Source: the human T2T-CHM13v2.0 reference genome, Homo sapiens
Assembly (NCBI RefSeq): GCF_009914755.1
Contig: NC_060933.1
Strand: one strand, 5' to 3'
Length of the DNA: 64,000 nt
Shown piece by piece: positions 53,846 to 64,000 of this stretch. A program made the translations under genes and the position numbers. The notes below the pieces were generated by a model. That model did no database searches. It had not been told where the DNA came from and worked only from the letters and a program-made list of their open reading frames with translations. Within the stretch, counting starts at the first letter, position 1; every line of letters begins with the position of its first letter.

Positions 53846-53979
53846 ATTACACAAAAAATGTAACATTTAATAAGAGAAGCAAGTTGTGGAACTGTATGTT
53901 CTTGCTTATGTTGAGATGTTATGTGTCTGTTTTAAGCCTTTGCCTAAAAATACTTTGCTAAATTCCTAACAATCTTTTC

Positions 53980-55390
53980 CTTTTATTAATACATAATATT
54001 TTACATCTTTATGGGATGCATATGAATACTTGTTGCATGCATAGAATGTATAATGATCAAGTCAGGGTACCTGGAGCATCCATCACCTTGAGTATTTTAT
54101 CTTTTTGTTTTTGAGATGGAGTCTCGCTCTGTTGCTCAGGCTGGAGTGCGGCGGTGCGATCTTGGCTTGCTGGAACCTCTTGCCTCCTGGGTTCAAGCAA
54201 TTCTCCCGCCTCAGCCTCCTGAGTAAGCTGGGATTACAGGTGTGTGCCACCATGCTGGGCTAATTTTTGTAATTTTAGTAGAGACAGGGTTTCACCATGT
54301 TGGCCATTCTGGTCTGGGTCCCCTGACCTCAGGTGATCCGCCTGCCTCAGCCTCCCAAAGTGCTGGGATTGCAGGTGTGAACTACTGCGCCTCGTTGAGT
54401 ATTTGTCATTGCTGTGTGCTGGTAACATTTCAAGCCTTCTCTTTTAGCTACTTTGAGATATACAGTATATATTTGCTAACTATGGTGACCCTACTCTGCT
54501 AGAGAACATTAGAACTTTCTAACTGTATGTTTGTACCCATTAACCAACCTCTCTTCCTCACCCTTCCCAGCCTCTGATACCTGTTATTGTATTTTCTATT
54601 TCCATGAGGTCAACTTTTTTTTTTTTTTTTTATAGCTCCCATGTATTTGTTAGAACATGTGTTATTTGTCCTTCTATGCCTGGCATGGCTTATTTCACTT
54701 AACATAATGACCTCCAGCTTCACCCATGTTGCTGCAAACATTTTATTCTTCTTTCTGGCTGAATAGCATTCCATTGTGTATACATGCCACGTTTTCTTTA
54801 TCTCTCTGCTCATTGATGGATACTTAGGTTGATTCTATATCTTTGCTTTTGTAAATAGTGCTGTGGTAAACAGGTGAGTGTATGTATCCCTTTGATAATA
54901 CTGAATTCTTTTCCTTTGGATAAATAGCCAGTAGTGGGATTGCTGAAGTATGTAGTAGTTCTATTTTTAGTGTTTTGAGAAATCTCCGTACTGTTTTTCA
55001 TAATGGCTTTACTAATTTCCATCCCAGTGTATAAGAGTTCCCTTTTCTCCGCATCCTTGCCATCTTCTGTTGTTTGTGTTTTTAATAATAGTTATCCTAA
55101 CTGTGGTAAGGTGCTATCTCATTGTAGTTTTGATTTGTATTTACCTGATGATTACTGATGTGAGCATTTTTTCATATATCATTTGGCCATTTGTATGTTT
55201 TTTGATGTCCTTTGCCCACTTTTTAGTGGGATTATTATTATTATTTTTTAATTGTTGGTTATTTGAGCTTGTTGCATATTCTGGATTTTAGTCCTTTGTC
55301 ATGAATGGTTTGCACATATCATTTCCCATTCAACAGGTTGTCTCTTCACTCTGTCATTTGTTTCCTTTGCTGTGCAGAAACTTTTCAGCT
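53980..55390 (-). mobile_element. L1MA-type 3' end (ORF2 end and 3' UTR), antisense, with an Alu inside (54100-54395)
   Basis: tggcttatttcacttaacataatgacctccag, ggctgaatagcattccattgtgtata, tttcctttgctgtgcagaa. Confidence 0.85.
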
Positions 55391-55990
55391 TGTTCTGTTG
55401 GTTATTGAAAGAGATGTATTAATACTTTGATTTTGCATTTGTCAGTTTTTCCTTAGTTCCGATACCTTTTGCTTTATACATTATCTTATGAGGGTGTGTT
55501 CTTAGATGCATTGGTATTTAGAGCTATGTATCAACCAGGTCTTTTAAAATCACTGTAATCCCAGCAGTTTGGGAGGCTTGAGGTGGGAGGATCACTTGAG
55601 TCTAGAGTTTGAGACCAGCCTGGGCAACATAGCAAGACCCCATCTCTACAGAAAATTTAAAAAAATTAGCTGTGTGTGGTGGCACACACCTGTAGTCCCA
55701 GCTACTCGGGAGGGTAATGTGGGTGGATCACCTGAGCCTGAGAGGTGAAGGCTGCACTCAGGAACCCTGATCATACCGCTGCACTTAGCCTGGGTGACAG
55801 AGTAAGATCCTGTCTTCAAAGCGGGGGAAAAAAAAGAAAACCACTATTAAGTGTTCTTTTTAAGGGGCCAGTATTATTAGAGGTAAAGTTTATTTAGCTT
55901 GATATTAATGTTGCTGCAGTGTTTTCCTTTGGTTAGTATGTGTAGGGTATATCCTTTTTTACCCTTTAATTTCAGTCTTACTTATTTTTC

Positions 55991-58351
<2,361 letters not shown>

Positions 58352-58365
58352 TACTTAAGTTTTGA

Positions 58366-58632
<267 letters not shown>

Positions 58633-59991
58633 TAATCCATCCACCTCGGCTTCCCAAAGTGCTGGGATTACAGGCTTGAGCCACTGTGCCCAGCCAGTAT
58701 ATACTAGAATTTTAAAAAATCTTGTGTGTTTCTTATGATTAGAGCATCTGTCTATTGGCATTTGACAAAGTAACTGACGTTTAGTTTCAATCTGTTAATA
58801 AGTACTTTCTGCCTATCAAACCTGTTTTTTACCTTTTCCTGTCCTTTCTTGCCTTCTTTTAGATGCTTATTTTTTATGTTTGTTCTGCTGTTCTAACTTG
58901 GAAGTTACTTAAACATGAATCTTTTACTATCAAAATCTAATATTATTTGATACTTTCCTCCTCTCCTGGATACTCTGTTGAGCTCATTTTTATTCACATT
59001 GTCATTATTGCATTGTTTTAATTCTGTCTGTATTTTATCTTGACAGGTTTAATTTGTATTTTCAATAGCCATTTAGATTTACCCACAAAATTTATCCTTT
59101 TCATTTCCTAACTAGATCCTCCATCTTGTAACATTTTCTTCTGCCCGAAGAACACCCTTTATGCTTCCCACCTTTTGTGTAACTTCTAGTAGTGAATTTC
59201 CTATGTTAGTCTAGACATGCCTCAAATTGATCTTCCTTTAAAAAAAAAAAAAAAAAAAAAAGATGGAGTCTCACTCTGTTGCCCAGGCTTGAGTGCAGTG
59301 GCGTGATCTTGGCTCACTGCAACCCCTGCCTCCCAGTTCAAGCCATTCTCCTGCCTCAGCCTCCCGAATAGCTGGGACTACATACAGGTGTGCGCCACCA
59401 TGCTTGGCTAATTTTTTTTGTTATTTTCAGTAGAGACAGGGTTTTGCCATATTGCCCAGGCTGGTCTTGAACTGCTGATCCCTAGTGATCCATCTGCTTG
59501 GCCTCCCAAAGTCCTGGGATTACAGGTGTGAGCCACCGGCCTCATCTTCCTTTTTGAAGGATACTTCTGATGTGTACAGAATTCTAAGTTGTCAGTTTTC
59601 TTCTAAGGTGTTAAAATAAGCTATTGAATTGTGGTCAGGAGCAGTGGCTCACATCTGTAATCCCAGCACTTTGGGAGGCCAAGGCAAGAGGATTACTTGA
59701 GCTCAAGAGTTCGAGACCAGCCTGGGCAACATAGTGAGACCTCATCTCTAATTTTTTTTTAAATTAAAAAAAAGCTATTGAATTGTATCTTCAGTTTTCA
59801 TTTTTTTTTTTTGTAAGAAGTAAACTGTCAAGTTTTAAAAATCACTCCTATGACTGGAATCTCTCTCTCTTTTTTTTTTTTTGAGACAGAGTCTTGCTCT
59901 GTCACCCAGGCTGGAGTGCAGTTGTATGATCTCGACTCACTGCACCCTCCACCTCCCAGGCTCAAATGATCCTCCTACCTCAGCCTCTTGA

Positions 59992-60216
<225 letters not shown>

Positions 60217-60710
60217 TAGTTTTCAACAGTTTTACTGTGATGTGTTTGGTTATATATTTCTTTATTCATCCTGCTTGGAATTCTTAGGTTTTATTGAACC
60301 CATGGTGGGATGTCTTTCATTAGTTTCGAAAAGTTGACAGGCAATTTCTGCTATCCCCCCTTTACCCCCTCCCCCCACCTTCTGAGAGCCCATTTAAGCA
60401 CTTCAGATCTTCTCAGTCCCTTACCCTTGTCATGCTTCATCCTGGATATTTTTGTTTTGGTTTTTCTTTTCCTTTTTTTCTTTTTTTTTTTTTTTTTTTG
60501 AGACGGAGTGTTGCTCTGTCACCCAGGCTGCAGTGCAGTGGTGCTATCTTGGCTAACTGCAACCTCCGCCTCCTGGGTTTAAGCAGTTCTCTGCCACAAC
60601 CTGCCAAGTAGCTGGGACTACAGGTGCCCGCCACCAGGCCTCATTCATTTTTGTATTTTTAGGAGAGACAGGGTTTCACCATGTTGGGCAGGCTGGTCTT
60701 GAACTCCTGA

Positions 60711-61120
<410 letters not shown>

Positions 61121-61776
61121 TGAATTTTTGCTCTTGTTGCCCAGGCTGGAGTGCAATGGCGTGATCTCGGCTCATCGCAACCTCCACCTCCTGGGTTCAA
61201 GAGATTCTCTTGACTTAGCCTCGGGAGTAGCTGGGATTACAGGCATGCGCCACCATGCCCGGCTAATTTTGTATTTTTAGTAGAGATGGGGTTTTTTCAT
61301 GTTGATCAGGCTGGTCTCGAACTCCTGACCTCAGGTGATCTGCCCGCCTCGGCCTCCCAAAGTGCTGGGATTACAGGCGTGAGCCACTGTGCCCGGCCTG
61401 CTTTTCTTTTTTCTTGTTTTTTTTTCTGCTGGTTTTTATTCATTTTGTCTCCTTGTTGGCTCTGTGTGTGTGTATACACACGTGCACATCTAGTAGATCA
61501 CATTATAAATATCGTTTGAATAATTTCGGGTCTAGGATGATATATCCAGAGAGGATTTATGCTTATTTCTATCTCAGGCATCTTAGGGAATAGGCAGTCT
61601 GGGAACACCGTGGTTCAGTTTTAGGGATAAAGATGAGTTGAAATTGAGCTACACGACGGCCAGGTGCGGTGGCTCATTCCTGTAATCCCAGCACTTTGGG
61701 AGGCCGAGGCGGGCGGATCACGAGGTCAGGAGATGAAGACTGTCCTGGCTAACATGGTGAAACCCTGTCTCTACTA

Positions 61777-61965
<189 letters not shown>

Positions 61966-62262
61966 CTACATGTCTTAGAGCCTGGCAGCTTCCCTTTTCC
62001 CTCCTTCTTAAGTTCAGCAATTCAGGATTCCAACTCGAAGGGAGGTGAGTTTACCAGTCCCCCTGTAACCCCCTTTGGTATTTTCCGAATTTTAGTTCTT
62101 TTCTCCTAATCTTACCAAGCTGTCAAGTTCTCAGCTGGTCCTTAACACTTGGCAATTGCTCTCAGGGACCAAAGTGGTTATAAATGTAGGGTGTCCCTCT
62201 TTAGATCCTGTCTCTCTGATACCTTACTATCTTTCAAGTTATTTGATGCTTTCATGCATATA

Positions 62263-62266
<4 letters not shown>

Positions 62267-62293
<27 letters not shown>
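62267..62293 (+). repeat. (TG)n microsatellite
   Basis: Directly visible. Confidence 0.95.
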
Positions 62294-62297
62294 CAAC

Positions 62298-63940
<1,643 letters not shown>

Positions 63941-64000
63941 TAGTTTTCAGTTATATACAGAAGTCAAGAAAATAGTTCAGAACAACCCCGTTTGAGGCCG

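Overview
Primate (human-like) genomic DNA with no intact protein-coding exon that I can support. Bases 1-39.2 kb are repeat-saturated: dozens of Alus and a dense set of LTR retroelements (a full THE1A provirus with TSD, a solo THE1A LTR, four LTR8-type solo LTRs, an LTR10 with an AP-1 tandem array, and MER4/MER21/MER31/MER84-like LTRs), plus old L1 fragments and a PiggyBac-derived MER85. A CpG-island promoter at ~39.9-41.5 kb has GC boxes, NRF1 and YY1-like motifs and a probable non-coding first exon on the + strand; I cannot name the gene. The Alu-rich putative first intron holds two Tigger3 copies, MER2, an ERVL gag remnant, an antisense L1M and an antisense full-length HNRNPA1 processed pseudogene. 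The most notable items are retrotransposition oddities: a U3 snoRNA-L1 chimeric retrocopy within one TSD, an AluY with an apparent 3' transduction, a tail-less internal Alu fragment inside a ~35-bp duplication, and an 89-bp orphan insert in a Tigger3. I see no evidence for a wholly new biological system. Repeat family names come from remembered consensus sequences, not a database search, and Alu boundaries are approximate.
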